NCBI GenBank assembly: GCA_031422255.1
Contig: JANOQG010000442.1
Location: 1-41,348 of the forward strand
Direction: 5' to 3'
Origin: Actinomycetes bacterium
GTDB lineage: Bacteria > Actinomycetota > Acidimicrobiia > Acidimicrobiales > VFJN01
Length of the DNA: 41,348 bases
The position numbers and the translations under genes are program-made. Positions 29,509-37,890 of this stretch are shown in pieces; positions within the stretch are counted from its first letter, which is position 1, and every line of letters starts with the position of its first letter. The notes under the pieces are model-generated. The model searched no databases, had not been told where the DNA came from, and saw only the letters and a list, made by a program, of their open reading frames with translations.

Positions 29509-29905
29509 CGCGGGTGGTTTCGTCCAGCACCACCCGTTGGTGGATCTCCTTCGTGAGCTGCTCGATCGACTTCACGATGGCGTCCGCCTCGAGGTTCGTC
29601 TGGTAGTCGTGCATGGCGAGCTCCGAGGAGATCTGGTCCTCCCGCTTGGCCGCGATCAGCAGGATGGCCCCCTGCATGGCGGCCAGGCAGGACAGGATCA
29701 GGTTGAGGAGGATGAACGGATACGGGTCGAAGCCGCTGCCCCGGTTGCCCAGCGTCCAGCCGGCGAGGAACAGCAGGGCGCCGAGCACGAAGCCCCATGA
29801 GCCCATCCCGTTGCGCATTGCGTCGGCGGCTCGCTCACCCGTGGTGAGCGAGTCTCCGGTCCGGACGGCGGGGTGGCGATGCCAGTTGCTGGGGGAGAGC
29901 TGCAT
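29489..29905 (-). CDS. DUF1003 family membrane protein
   Basis: 138 aa. GERAADAMRNGMGSWGFVLGALLFLAGW...FDPYPFILLNLILSCLAAMQGAILLIAAKR matches the conserved DUF1003 core as I recall it. The 3' end overlaps the corA start by 20 nt. Confidence 0.7.
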   Translation of the reverse strand: MQLSPSNWHRHPAVRTGDSLTTGERAADAMRNGMGSWGFVLGALLFLAGWTLGNRGSGFDPYPFILLNLILSCLAAMQGAILLIAAKREDQISSELAMHDYQTNLEADAIVKSIEQLTKEIHQRVVLDETTRGGADQG

Positions 29906-29957
29906 GGCATCGAGGCTACGACCGCTCTCCCTCCACCTTCGTGGCAGGCTCGAACGT

Positions 29958-30671
29958 ATGGAGCCCGCCGTTCACCTCGACCATCTTCGACGCGACAGCG
30001 CGTTGCTGCTCGCAGCCCACGCGGCCGACCCCGAGGCCGCGGTACCGTCCTGCCCCGGCTGGGATCGAACCGCCTTGCTCGGCCACGTTGCCGGCGTGCA
30101 CGCCTGGAACCGAGCACAGATCGAGGCCGGTCCCGCGGACCGCATCCGAAAGGGTGCGACACCAAGACCGCCCGAGGGGGCCGAGCTCCCAGGCTGGTTC
30201 GAGGCCAACGCTGCCGCCACCGCCGACGTGCTCGCCGCCATGGACACCTCGATCGCTTGGCCAACGTGGGCCGGACCCCAACCCGGCACCTTCTACCCGC
30301 GCCGCATGGCCCAGGAGACAGCAGTGCATCGCTGGGACGCGATCGGTGGACCCATCGACGCGTCGCTCGCCGTGGACGGCATCGACGAGCTCCTCGAGCT
30401 GTTCGCCAAGGTGATCCCCGGTGACAACCTGGCCGGGGCCACGGGAACCATCCACCTGCACGCCACGGACGCTGACGGCGAGTGGCTCGTTCGCTTCGAT
30501 CCTGAGGGGATCACCTTTCAGCACGGGCATGCCAAGGGCGATGGAGCCCTGCGAGGCACGGCTGAGGACCTCCTGCTCTGGGCCTGGAACCGTCGGCCGA
30601 TCGACGACCGCTTCGAGGTGTTCGGCGAGCAGACACTGCTCGACGTCTGGACGTCGAGCGTCCGCTTCTAG
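29958..30671 (+). CDS. Mycothiol-dependent maleylpyruvate isomerase N-terminal domain (DinB/MDMPI) family protein
   Basis: The ATG at 29958 gives LDHLRRDSALLLAA...CPGWDRTALLGHVAGVH...MAQETAVHRWD. This is the DinB-fold His triad pattern of the actinobacterial TIGR03083-type family. Confidence 0.75.
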   Translation: MEPAVHLDHLRRDSALLLAAHAADPEAAVPSCPGWDRTALLGHVAGVHAWNRAQIEAGPADRIRKGATPRPPEGAELPGWFEANAAATADVLAAMDTSIAWPTWAGPQPGTFYPRRMAQETAVHRWDAIGGPIDASLAVDGIDELLELFAKVIPGDNLAGATGTIHLHATDADGEWLVRFDPEGITFQHGHAKGDGALRGTAEDLLLWAWNRRPIDDRFEVFGEQTLLDVWTSSVRF

Positions 30672-30685
30672 CCGGTGATCACCCT

Positions 30686-31273
30686 CTACGGGATCGGCGT
30701 ACCAAGCGGGGACCCCGCGCAGGTGACCCCGGCTTCAGGGGCCTGGGAGCCATCGGTGTACTGCACGGCGAAGGCCTCGAGCCGTGGGTCGTCGACCGAG
30801 TCGAGTGTGAGCTGCCGGGCCCATGCTGTGGCGACCACTGGTGCCTCCGCGACAAGGTCGGGGTAGGGCGTCGCGACGATCTTGGGGTTGGCGCGCGCGA
30901 GGTCGTGGATCACATCGATGTCGGCGGGCGACAGGTCGGGGGAATAGGCCAGCCACACGGCCCCATGTTCGAGGGCGTGCACGAGGTTCTCGTCCGGCGC
31001 CGGCTTGTCGTAGAAGCCACAGTTCAACCACACGGAGTTGTGGGCGCCCCCCGCCGGCGGCTGGAGCTCGTAGTCCACGACACCTTCGGTGTGGTCGGTG
31101 TCGGGCACGCGCACAGCCATCACACCATCAATGCCCTCGTCGGCCGGGCCGATCAGGACATTGGCTTGGTCACCACCGCCGCCGCCGCCATCGCCACTCC
31201 CGCTATCCGACGAACAGCCGAACAATGCCATTCCTGAAGCCATCAACACGATGAGCAATCGGCTGCGGGACAT
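30686..31273 (-). CDS. DUF3105 family secreted lipoprotein
   Basis: MSRSRLLIVLMASGMALFGCSS is a signal peptide with a lipobox. PPAGGAHN, LVHALEHGAVWLAY and VATAWARQL are conserved DUF3105-type blocks. Confidence 0.7.
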   Translation of the reverse strand: MSRSRLLIVLMASGMALFGCSSDSGSGDGGGGGGDQANVLIGPADEGIDGVMAVRVPDTDHTEGVVDYELQPPAGGAHNSVWLNCGFYDKPAPDENLVHALEHGAVWLAYSPDLSPADIDVIHDLARANPKIVATPYPDLVAEAPVVATAWARQLTLDSVDDPRLEAFAVQYTDGSQAPEAGVTCAGSPLGTPIP

Positions 31274-31290
31274 CGTCGAAGGGTAGTGGG

Positions 31291-32583
31291 CTAGAGCGAT
31301 CTGGCGGATGCGGCCCGCGGGGTCCAGGCAGCGGGGAGGTGCTTGATCCCGTTGATGAAGTTGGACTGCAGCCGATCGGGCTCCCCGACAGCCCGAATGT
31401 CGGGTATGCGCGTGAACAGCTCCTTGAACATCACCGTGATCTCGCGTCGGGCGAGGTGAGCTCCCAGACAGAAGTGAGGCCCGGGGCCGCCGAAGCCAAG
31501 GTGATCGTTCGGGGTACGGCCAACGTCGAACGAGAAGGGATCAGCGAACACGGACGCGTCCCGATTGGCCGAGCCATACCAGAGCACGACCTTGTCGCCG
31601 GCCTGCAGCTCCTGGTCGCCGATGCGGACGCCGTCTTCCGTACAGGTGCGTCGGAAGTGGATCACCGGGCTGGCCCAGCGCACGATCTCCTCGACGGCTG
31701 TCGGGGCCAGACCGTCGAAGTTCGCCTGCCAGCGAGCCATCTGGTCGGGGTGTTCGGACAGCGCGTGCAGGCCGTGCGCGATGGCGTTGCGGGTTGTCTC
31801 GTTGCCAGCGGCCACGAGGAGCAGGAAGAACGACGACACCTCGGCAGGGGTGAGGCTCTCGCCGTCGACCTCGGCGGTGATGAGCGCCGTGGTGAGGTCG
31901 TCTTTCGGGTCCTTCATCCGCGCCTCGCTGAGCTCGGTGACGAGCATCGTCAGCTCCTGAGCCGCACCGAGGAGCGCCGTCATGATCCCGGCCTCCGTTT
32001 GGTCCGGCACGTACTCAGGGTCGCCCAGCCCGAGGATGATGTTGGTGCGGTCGAAGATGAACCGCTCCTGGCTGCGCGGGATCCCCATCATGTCGACGAT
32101 GATCCGCAGCGGCAGCGTGGCCGCCACGTCTGTCACGAAGTCACCTTCGCCGCGCTCGATCACGGCGTTGACGATGCCGGTCGCCGTTGCCTCGACGTCA
32201 CCCTTCATCTCGTCGAGCTGTCGGGGCGTGAACCCTCTGGACACGATCCGCCGCATCCGGGCGTGCTTGGGGTCGTCCATGTTGATCATCGATCCGAGGA
32301 ACTCGAGGAACTCGGTGGGCATGTCGGGGATGTTCGTGCCCTGCCCGGAGCAGAAGACGGCGGACCGCTTGCTCACGTCGAGTACGTCCGCATGGCGAGT
32401 CAGCGCGTAGAAGCCACGCCCCGGCGGGAACATCTCCGACACCTGCGGCTCGGCGAAGAACCGAATCGGGTCCTGCTCCCGCAAGGTGAGAAACGCCCCC
32501 TCGCGCTCAGCAACGGGACGAGCCCAGAACAGGGGGTCGGACAGGTCGATCTGATCGAGGCTCAGGACTTGGCTCGGCTGCAT
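31291..32583 (-). CDS. Cytochrome P450, CYP125-like
   Basis: The I-helix is VAAGNETTR, the ExxR motif is EEIVRW, and the heme loop is FGGPGPHFCLGAHLARRE. The N-terminal LSDPLFWARP...YALTRHADVLDVSKR and MINMDDPKHARMRRIV resemble steroid/terminal-alkyl hydroxylating CYP125-type enzymes. The subfamily call is tentative. Confidence 0.9.
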   Translation of the reverse strand: MQPSQVLSLDQIDLSDPLFWARPVAEREGAFLTLREQDPIRFFAEPQVSEMFPPGRGFYALTRHADVLDVSKRSAVFCSGQGTNIPDMPTEFLEFLGSMINMDDPKHARMRRIVSRGFTPRQLDEMKGDVEATATGIVNAVIERGEGDFVTDVAATLPLRIIVDMMGIPRSQERFIFDRTNIILGLGDPEYVPDQTEAGIMTALLGAAQELTMLVTELSEARMKDPKDDLTTALITAEVDGESLTPAEVSSFFLLLVAAGNETTRNAIAHGLHALSEHPDQMARWQANFDGLAPTAVEEIVRWASPVIHFRRTCTEDGVRIGDQELQAGDKVVLWYGSANRDASVFADPFSFDVGRTPNDHLGFGGPGPHFCLGAHLARREITVMFKELFTRIPDIRAVGEPDRLQSNFINGIKHLPAAWTPRAASARSL

Positions 32584-32605
32584 CTCGCCAAACTAGACCG
32601 GTCGG

Positions 32606-33583
32606 TCAAGTACCGCCTTCGAACACCGCTGCTTTGATGCCGACGGTGGCTAGCTCCTGCAGGAACGGAACGGGATCGGTGATCGCCCCGAGGCCATGCG
32701 CCCCCACGGGAAGCCGCCCGGCCACGGCCCAGAGCGTGGCAAGCGCGGCTACCGCTCCGGCGGCGACGGCAGGACGGTCGAGCGCACCCAACACGAGCAC
32801 ATCGCTCGCACCATTGCGACGCCCGCGCACCTCGACGCGCGTGGCGCCCACCAGTCCCTCCGGGTGCGGCTTGCGCAGCATGGGGAGATGGGCAGAAAGG
32901 CGATCACGTCGAGTCGCAGCCAGCCGAGCGGTGACCCGACCTACCCCCGCGAACTCCGGATGCAGGAGCAGCGCGTCGGGAAGCTCTGCTCGATAGCAAT
33001 CCTCGGCTCCAATCGGATCGGGGAACCAGCACAGCTCGCGACCAGACCCGGCGGGCCGGCGGTGCCAACCGCCATCCCGCCAGTCGAGGGCGTGACCGGT
33101 GAGCGAGGCGTGGTGCTGGCGGGCGCACGCAGGTCCGCCAGTGCCGGAGCGAGCGATGTGCACCTCGTCGACGTGGTCGAAGTGGGCCGATGCGTGGCGA
33201 GCCAGCACGCAGGAGAACCCGGGCGAAAAGGCCGCGCCTACGACCACCGCAACCTGTCGTGCCTGGGCCTCGGCATCCAGGTCGAGCAGGGCTCGAACAT
33301 CAGCGATCGAGTCGCTGGTGGACACGACGGGTCGTCCCGCGCCCAGGTGGAGGGCAGCCGCCTCTGTGTGGGAGCCAACCGGGCCCGCGAGCAGCACAGC
33401 GTCCACGGAGGCGTCGTTGACGGTTCCGCCATCGGTGGCCTTGTCGCCGGTGGCAAGCACCACAGCCGCCCGCCGAGCGCCGTCCTCGTCGCAGACCAAC
33501 ACCTCGTCCACGTCGGGAGCTTCCACCAGCTGGCGAGCCGCGCGGGCGCCCACCGCACCTGCCCCGACAAGAAGGACCCTCAT
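32606..33583 (-). CDS. Saccharopine dehydrogenase-like NAD(P)-binding protein
   Basis: The ATG at 33583 gives MRVLLVGAGAVGARAARQL, a Rossmann GxGxxG. The size of about 325 aa and the AFSPGFSCVLA region are consistent with the Sacchrp_dh family. The assignment is moderate. Confidence 0.6.
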   Translation of the reverse strand: MRVLLVGAGAVGARAARQLVEAPDVDEVLVCDEDGARRAAVVLATGDKATDGGTVNDASVDAVLLAGPVGSHTEAAALHLGAGRPVVSTSDSIADVRALLDLDAEAQARQVAVVVGAAFSPGFSCVLARHASAHFDHVDEVHIARSGTGGPACARQHHASLTGHALDWRDGGWHRRPAGSGRELCWFPDPIGAEDCYRAELPDALLLHPEFAGVGRVTARLAATRRDRLSAHLPMLRKPHPEGLVGATRVEVRGRRNGASDVLVLGALDRPAVAAGAVAALATLWAVAGRLPVGAHGLGAITDPVPFLQELATVGIKAAVFEGGT

Positions 33584-33717
33584 TCGAGCTCGGGACCCGA
33601 CAGCTCGCGCCATCCGCCCTGCTGAGGCGGCGAGCCGCCGCTCCCGCGAAGTCGCAGCACGGCGGCGATGACTCCGGCCACCCCGAGGGCGACCAGAGCA
33701 CGGCGGAACAGGGCCAT
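33580..33717 (-). CDS. Small single-TM protein (45 aa), hypothetical
   Basis: The ATG at 33717 gives MALFRRALVALGVAGVIAAVLRLRGSGGSPPQQGGWRELSGPELE. The stop overlaps the ATG of the next gene (ATGA at 33583..33580). Confidence 0.4.
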   Translation of the reverse strand: MALFRRALVALGVAGVIAAVLRLRGSGGSPPQQGGWRELSGPELE

Positions 33718-33910
33718 CACAGCATCTCCAATGCGGGCGAGGTGGGGATCATGCGTCAGCGACGCATCCTTGCCGCACACGCCGGCCAGCGCACGCCAGA
33801 GCCGTTCGGGGCGGGATTCTGGTCGACACCGTCGATCCCGCCGGGGCAGCACAACGGCTCCGCTCTGGCGCCCGCATCACTGTTGCACGAGTCGCGAGCC
33901 CCGCTCGGCG

Positions 33911-35368
33911 CTAGTTCGGCGTGAACACTGGCGCCCCACCGCTGCCGGGGTACGAGCCGTGGTGCAGCGGTAGTGAGGCGGGAGCATGGTCGCCGCCAAG
34001 CGCCAGCACCTCGTGGAAGCCCTCGCCGATGCAGCGCACGAAGACATCGGTGTCGGGTACTGCGGCGGTGTCGACGGTGAGGCCGATGCAGCACGTGCCG
34101 TCGTAGGAGAGCAACGTCGCGTTGACGGCGGCACCGATCGTTGGCCCGAACGGGAAGTACCCGGCCACGCGAGCTCCGGCCAGGTACACGGGGAACGTGA
34201 AGCCCGGCACGTTGCTTGCCAGGAAATCAACGTGCTTCAACATGCCGCCGACCACGCGCGGGGGGAGCAGGTTCAAGACACCGGCGATGGCGTTCGTGTG
34301 CTGGAGCGACCGCTCGTCGCGGGCCGACCGGCAGCGGCCGCCGATGGCCCGGATCCGCTCGGCCGGGTCGTCGATGTGCACGGGAACCGTGAACCGTTGC
34401 AGCGTGATGCGGTTCCCCGCGACGGGATCCGACTCGGTGCGGATGCTGATGGGCAACGTCACGCGCAGGTCGTCAACAGCTGTGCCGTGGCGCTCGTGAT
34501 AGAGGCGGAGCCCGCCCGTGAGGCCGGCGATGAACCCGTCGTTCACCGTGCCGCCCGCGACGGACGCCGCCCGCTTCAGGTCGTCGAGGCGCATGGTGAC
34601 CATGTCGAGGTCGCGACCAAGGCTGCGCTCGGTCATCAGCGGCGACATCGTGTCGGAGATCGGCGCGACGGTACGGGCGATCGACTGCACTGTCGCGATG
34701 ACGTCGGCTGCGGCTTGCAAGGGGTGACGGGCCGCGCGAATCGCCGCCGGTACCACTGCGATCGCTTCGTGACGGGCGAAGTCGAAGAGCCGCTCGGCGT
34801 CGTGGCGCAGGCTTTCGCTCAGCAGGTTGGGCGGTGTGGTCGACTGGGCGGACGGAACGTCGGGCATTGGCCCGGACGGGGCCGGCACCGGCTCGAGGTC
34901 AAAGAGACGCAAGGCCAGCTCCATCCCGCCGATGCCGTCGGTGAGCGCATGGTGGACCTTCATCACCAGCGCGGCTCGGTCGCCGTCGAGGTGCTCGACC
35001 AGCGTGAACTCCCACAGCGGGTGAGCAGGGTCGAACGCGGTGGTGGCGGCGTGCCGGGCGACGTCGATCACGGTGGCAGGGGTGTGCGGCGCTGGCGCAT
35101 CGATGCGGCGGACGTGCCACGCGAGGTCGAAGTCGGGGTCGGTTGACCAGCGGGGGGTGGCCACGCGCGCCGGGGGCTCCAACAGGCGCATCCGGAAGAG
35201 TGGGATCGACCTCGATGCCCGCTCGATCTTGTCGAGGAGGACGCCCCAGTCGGGGCTGGCCTCGAGCCAGGCGATCGCCACGATCGTCGAGCGCAGCGCA
35301 TGGTCGCGCTCCATGTACCAGGAGAACGCGTCGCTTTCACGCATGAACACGTCAAGTTGGTCGTCCAT
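33911..35368 (-). CDS. Wax ester synthase / diacylglycerol O-acyltransferase (WS/DGAT)
   Basis: 485 aa. The catalytic motif is HHALTDGIGG (HHxxxDG), the N-terminus is SWYMERD, and a C-terminal SNVPGF block is present. Confidence 0.9.
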   Translation of the reverse strand: MDDQLDVFMRESDAFSWYMERDHALRSTIVAIAWLEASPDWGVLLDKIERASRSIPLFRMRLLEPPARVATPRWSTDPDFDLAWHVRRIDAPAPHTPATVIDVARHAATTAFDPAHPLWEFTLVEHLDGDRAALVMKVHHALTDGIGGMELALRLFDLEPVPAPSGPMPDVPSAQSTTPPNLLSESLRHDAERLFDFARHEAIAVVPAAIRAARHPLQAAADVIATVQSIARTVAPISDTMSPLMTERSLGRDLDMVTMRLDDLKRAASVAGGTVNDGFIAGLTGGLRLYHERHGTAVDDLRVTLPISIRTESDPVAGNRITLQRFTVPVHIDDPAERIRAIGGRCRSARDERSLQHTNAIAGVLNLLPPRVVGGMLKHVDFLASNVPGFTFPVYLAGARVAGYFPFGPTIGAAVNATLLSYDGTCCIGLTVDTAAVPDTDVFVRCIGEGFHEVLALGGDHAPASLPLHHGSYPGSGGAPVFTPN

Positions 35369-35369
35369 C

Positions 35370-36800
35370 TCAACCTCCTGGGTTGGCAGCGCCGCAGTTC
35401 GCTCGTGTCGGCGTGGTCGCTAAGGCCATGAGCGTCGCGATCTCGGATTCGATCCCGTCCGCCACAACGGAGATGTCGGCGGCCGTGTCGTAGTCGCCGG
35501 TTACACCGAAGGCGAGCCGGCCGTTGTAGGAGAGGATTGCGACACCGATGCGCACACCGGGCCCGAGCGGGACGAACGGGAGGTACTCGATCATCTCCCG
35601 CCCCGCCGCGTAGAGGGGCTGCGGCGGGCCCGGAACGTTTGTCGTGACGGTGTTCATGCTTCGCTGCTGGACTCGGGTGAGCAGCCGCGCTGCGAGGCGT
35701 GTGCTCCGTGCCGCGAGCGCGGGCGGGAACGTGCCGACGAGCGCAGTGAGTGCCTCGCCGGCCTCTGGCTCGTGTGACGCCTTGAGACGTCCCATCTCCT
35801 CCCGCACCGCGGTGAGCCGTTCCAGTGGATCCTCCACGTGCACGGGGAGGTCGAAGAAGATGGCCGAGACCCGGTTGTCCGGGATGCCGTGCTCGGACTC
35901 GGCGCGGACCGACACCGGCACGAGGGTGCGCAAGGCCACCTTCGCCGGGTCTTCGCCGCGGGCGACCACGAGGTCTCGGAACCCGCTCGTGATGGCCGCC
36001 AGCACGACGTCGTTCACGGTGCCTCCGAGCGCGTGGCGGATCGTGCGGACGTCGTCGAGCGTGGCGCGCGCGCAGGTCCAGCGGCGATGCGGGCCGATCG
36101 AACCGTCAAGCGACGTCGCCGGCGTGGGCCGCAGCGCCGATCCATACGAGCGCAGCCCCGCGGCGACGTCGCTGGCGCGTTGCAGGGCACGCCGGGGCGT
36201 CATCAGCGCGGCACGGACTGCCCGCAGCTGCTCGGGGGGGCTCGTCACGAGGCTGGCGACAGCGTCGACCGCGAGCCGGAGTGACGACGGCTCCGGCTCG
36301 GGATTCCAGTGGTCGGGACTCGTCGGCGCCGGGTCGGGTGTCGCGTCGAGTACGACTGAGATCAGATCGACGCCGGCGACACCGTCGACCATGCAGTGGT
36401 GGACCTTGCTGACGATGGCCCACCGATCCCCCTGGAGGCCCTCGACGATCCACGTCTCCCACAGGGGCCGCGAGCGGTCGAGCTCCTGGGACATGAGCCG
36501 CCCCATCAGGTTCCGCAGATCGTCTTCGTCGCCGGGTGGCGGCAGAGCGGTGTGACGTAGGTGGTACTCGAGGTCGAAGCTCGGGTCGTCCACCCACACC
36601 GGTCGGCCCAGATCCATGGGCACGAAGCGCACACGCTGCCGGTAGCGCTGCACCAGCGGCAGCTTCGAGGCGAACAGGCCGACCAGGTCGCCATAGGCGG
36701 GAGGTGGTCCCTCGAACAACGCGCACGACGCGATGTGCATGTGGGTCGTGCCGTTCTCGAGGTAGAGGAAAGATGCGTCGAGCGGGTTCAGGCGATCCAT
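35370..36800 (-). CDS. Wax ester synthase / diacylglycerol O-acyltransferase (WS/DGAT), tandem paralog
   Basis: The ATG at 36800 gives MDRLNPLDASFLYLE. The catalytic motif is HHCMVDGVAG, and a C-terminal TNVPGP block is present. It ends 1 nt before the next WS/DGAT ATG, with a GGAGG Shine-Dalgarno embedded in its last codons. Confidence 0.9.
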   Translation of the reverse strand: MDRLNPLDASFLYLENGTTHMHIASCALFEGPPPAYGDLVGLFASKLPLVQRYRQRVRFVPMDLGRPVWVDDPSFDLEYHLRHTALPPPGDEDDLRNLMGRLMSQELDRSRPLWETWIVEGLQGDRWAIVSKVHHCMVDGVAGVDLISVVLDATPDPAPTSPDHWNPEPEPSSLRLAVDAVASLVTSPPEQLRAVRAALMTPRRALQRASDVAAGLRSYGSALRPTPATSLDGSIGPHRRWTCARATLDDVRTIRHALGGTVNDVVLAAITSGFRDLVVARGEDPAKVALRTLVPVSVRAESEHGIPDNRVSAIFFDLPVHVEDPLERLTAVREEMGRLKASHEPEAGEALTALVGTFPPALAARSTRLAARLLTRVQQRSMNTVTTNVPGPPQPLYAAGREMIEYLPFVPLGPGVRIGVAILSYNGRLAFGVTGDYDTAADISVVADGIESEIATLMALATTPTRANCGAANPGG

Positions 36801-36877
36801 GGCGTCTCCGTGAGACAGTCTGCGAGTCGGCGGCACGCGTCACCTCCCAGTAGGCGCCCCGACGGCCCCCAGCGGAA

Positions 36878-36903
36878 GGGTCGAAGGTCCCGACCTTCGG
36901 CCC
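36878..36903 (-). terminator. Candidate hairpin downstream of tRNA-Ile
   Basis: GGGTCGAAGGTC / GACCTTCGGCCC form near-perfect inverted repeats (one T:G position) about 110 nt downstream of the tRNA 3' end. There is no U-tract. Confidence 0.25.
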
Positions 36904-37011
36904 GGGTGCCCGACCCGTCGCCATGTGGACGCTCGCAGCCTGGCCGCGGCCGGGGCGCCTTCAGCGGCCGGGCTCCTGCGCTTGCTCTGGGACACAGGCG
37001 CAGGTCAGGGG

Positions 37012-37088
37012 TGGTGGGGCTAGGAAGAATCGAACTTCCGACCTCATCCTTATCAGGGATGCGCTCTAACCGACTGAGCTATAGCCCC
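37012..37088 (-). tRNA. tRNA-Ile (anticodon GAT), CCA encoded
   Basis: The reverse complement folds as a 77-nt cloverleaf. The acceptor stem is GGGGCTA/TAGCCCC, the D stem GCTC/GAGC, the anticodon stem CATCC/GGATG with loop CTGATAA, and the T stem GGAAG/CTTCC with loop TTCGATT. The discriminator is A, followed by CCA. Confidence 0.97.
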
Positions 37089-37111
37089 GGGTTACCGGTG
37101 GGAGTGGGAAG

Positions 37112-37840
37112 TTAGTCGCGGGGCTTGCGGCCGGGCGAGCCGGTACGCGACGACCGAGTCGCTGGATCCTCCTCGAGGACCGTGACGCGTACGCCACCGG
37201 TCAGGTCGCTCATGAGGTTGAACAACATCGCCAGCACGACTGCGCCGGCCGAGCCGGCGAGTACGAGGACGGTGCCTCCGAGAGCAAACGCCTCGAAGAT
37301 CTTGCCGTCCTCGAACTTGAAGGTGCCCACCCGCTCAGCGCCGTCCGCACATCCCTCGTCCCCCGAGGTATCCGAGACGATGGTCGTGGTGGTAGTGCTG
37401 ATCGGCGCGGCGGGGTCGACCGTCACCGGAGGTTCCACTTCGTCGGCCAGCGGGGGGCAGATGCCGAAGCTGCCCACCTCTGTGATGAAGTTCTCCACGT
37501 TCTCGATGGCTCCCGACCGGCGGGCTCCGTTCCAGAGGACCGCCGAAGCAACGCAGACGATCAAGAACAGGGCCAGGAAGAACAGCAGCGAGACCTTGAG
37601 GACAGACCACGGCTCGATGTGGCGGACGATCCGATGCACCTTGCGCGCTCTGCTTCGACCCCCGCCGCCCGCGCCACGGGCCGGCGGTGCCTTCGCGGGT
37701 GCGGTGTGCAGTGCTGTGGTGGTTTCGTCGACCTGCTCCACGCTGCCCCGAAAGCTCGCCGTGGCGGCGTCTCCGAGGCCAGGGCCCGGCTCACGGGGCG
37801 CGGCCACTCCGGTGGGGTCGGGGGACATCGGTGCGAGCAT
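37112..37840 (-). CDS. DUF3566 family membrane protein (Rv0007-like, conserved downstream of gyrA)
   Basis: The ATG at 37840 is preceded by GAAGGG. A disordered N-terminus is followed by IEPWSVLKVSLLFFLALFLIVCVASAVLW and a C-terminal GGTVLVLAGSAGAVVLAMLFNLMSDLTGGVRVTV. The position between gyrA and tRNA-Ile mirrors the mycobacterial arrangement. Confidence 0.8.
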   Translation of the reverse strand: MLAPMSPDPTGVAAPREPGPGLGDAATASFRGSVEQVDETTTALHTAPAKAPPARGAGGGGRSRARKVHRIVRHIEPWSVLKVSLLFFLALFLIVCVASAVLWNGARRSGAIENVENFITEVGSFGICPPLADEVEPPVTVDPAAPISTTTTTIVSDTSGDEGCADGAERVGTFKFEDGKIFEAFALGGTVLVLAGSAGAVVLAMLFNLMSDLTGGVRVTVLEEDPATRSSRTGSPGRKPRD

Positions 37841-37890
37841 AGGGCAGCCCTTCTGAAGCGCTGAAGCACCCAGCGGACATTCGCAGCCCG

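Noticed and set aside
29906-29957. Looked for an M-box or other Mg-sensing leader upstream of the DUF1003-corA pair.
   Set aside because: Only about 50 nt of spacer is available, which is far too short for an M-box aptamer, and I saw no conserved structure.
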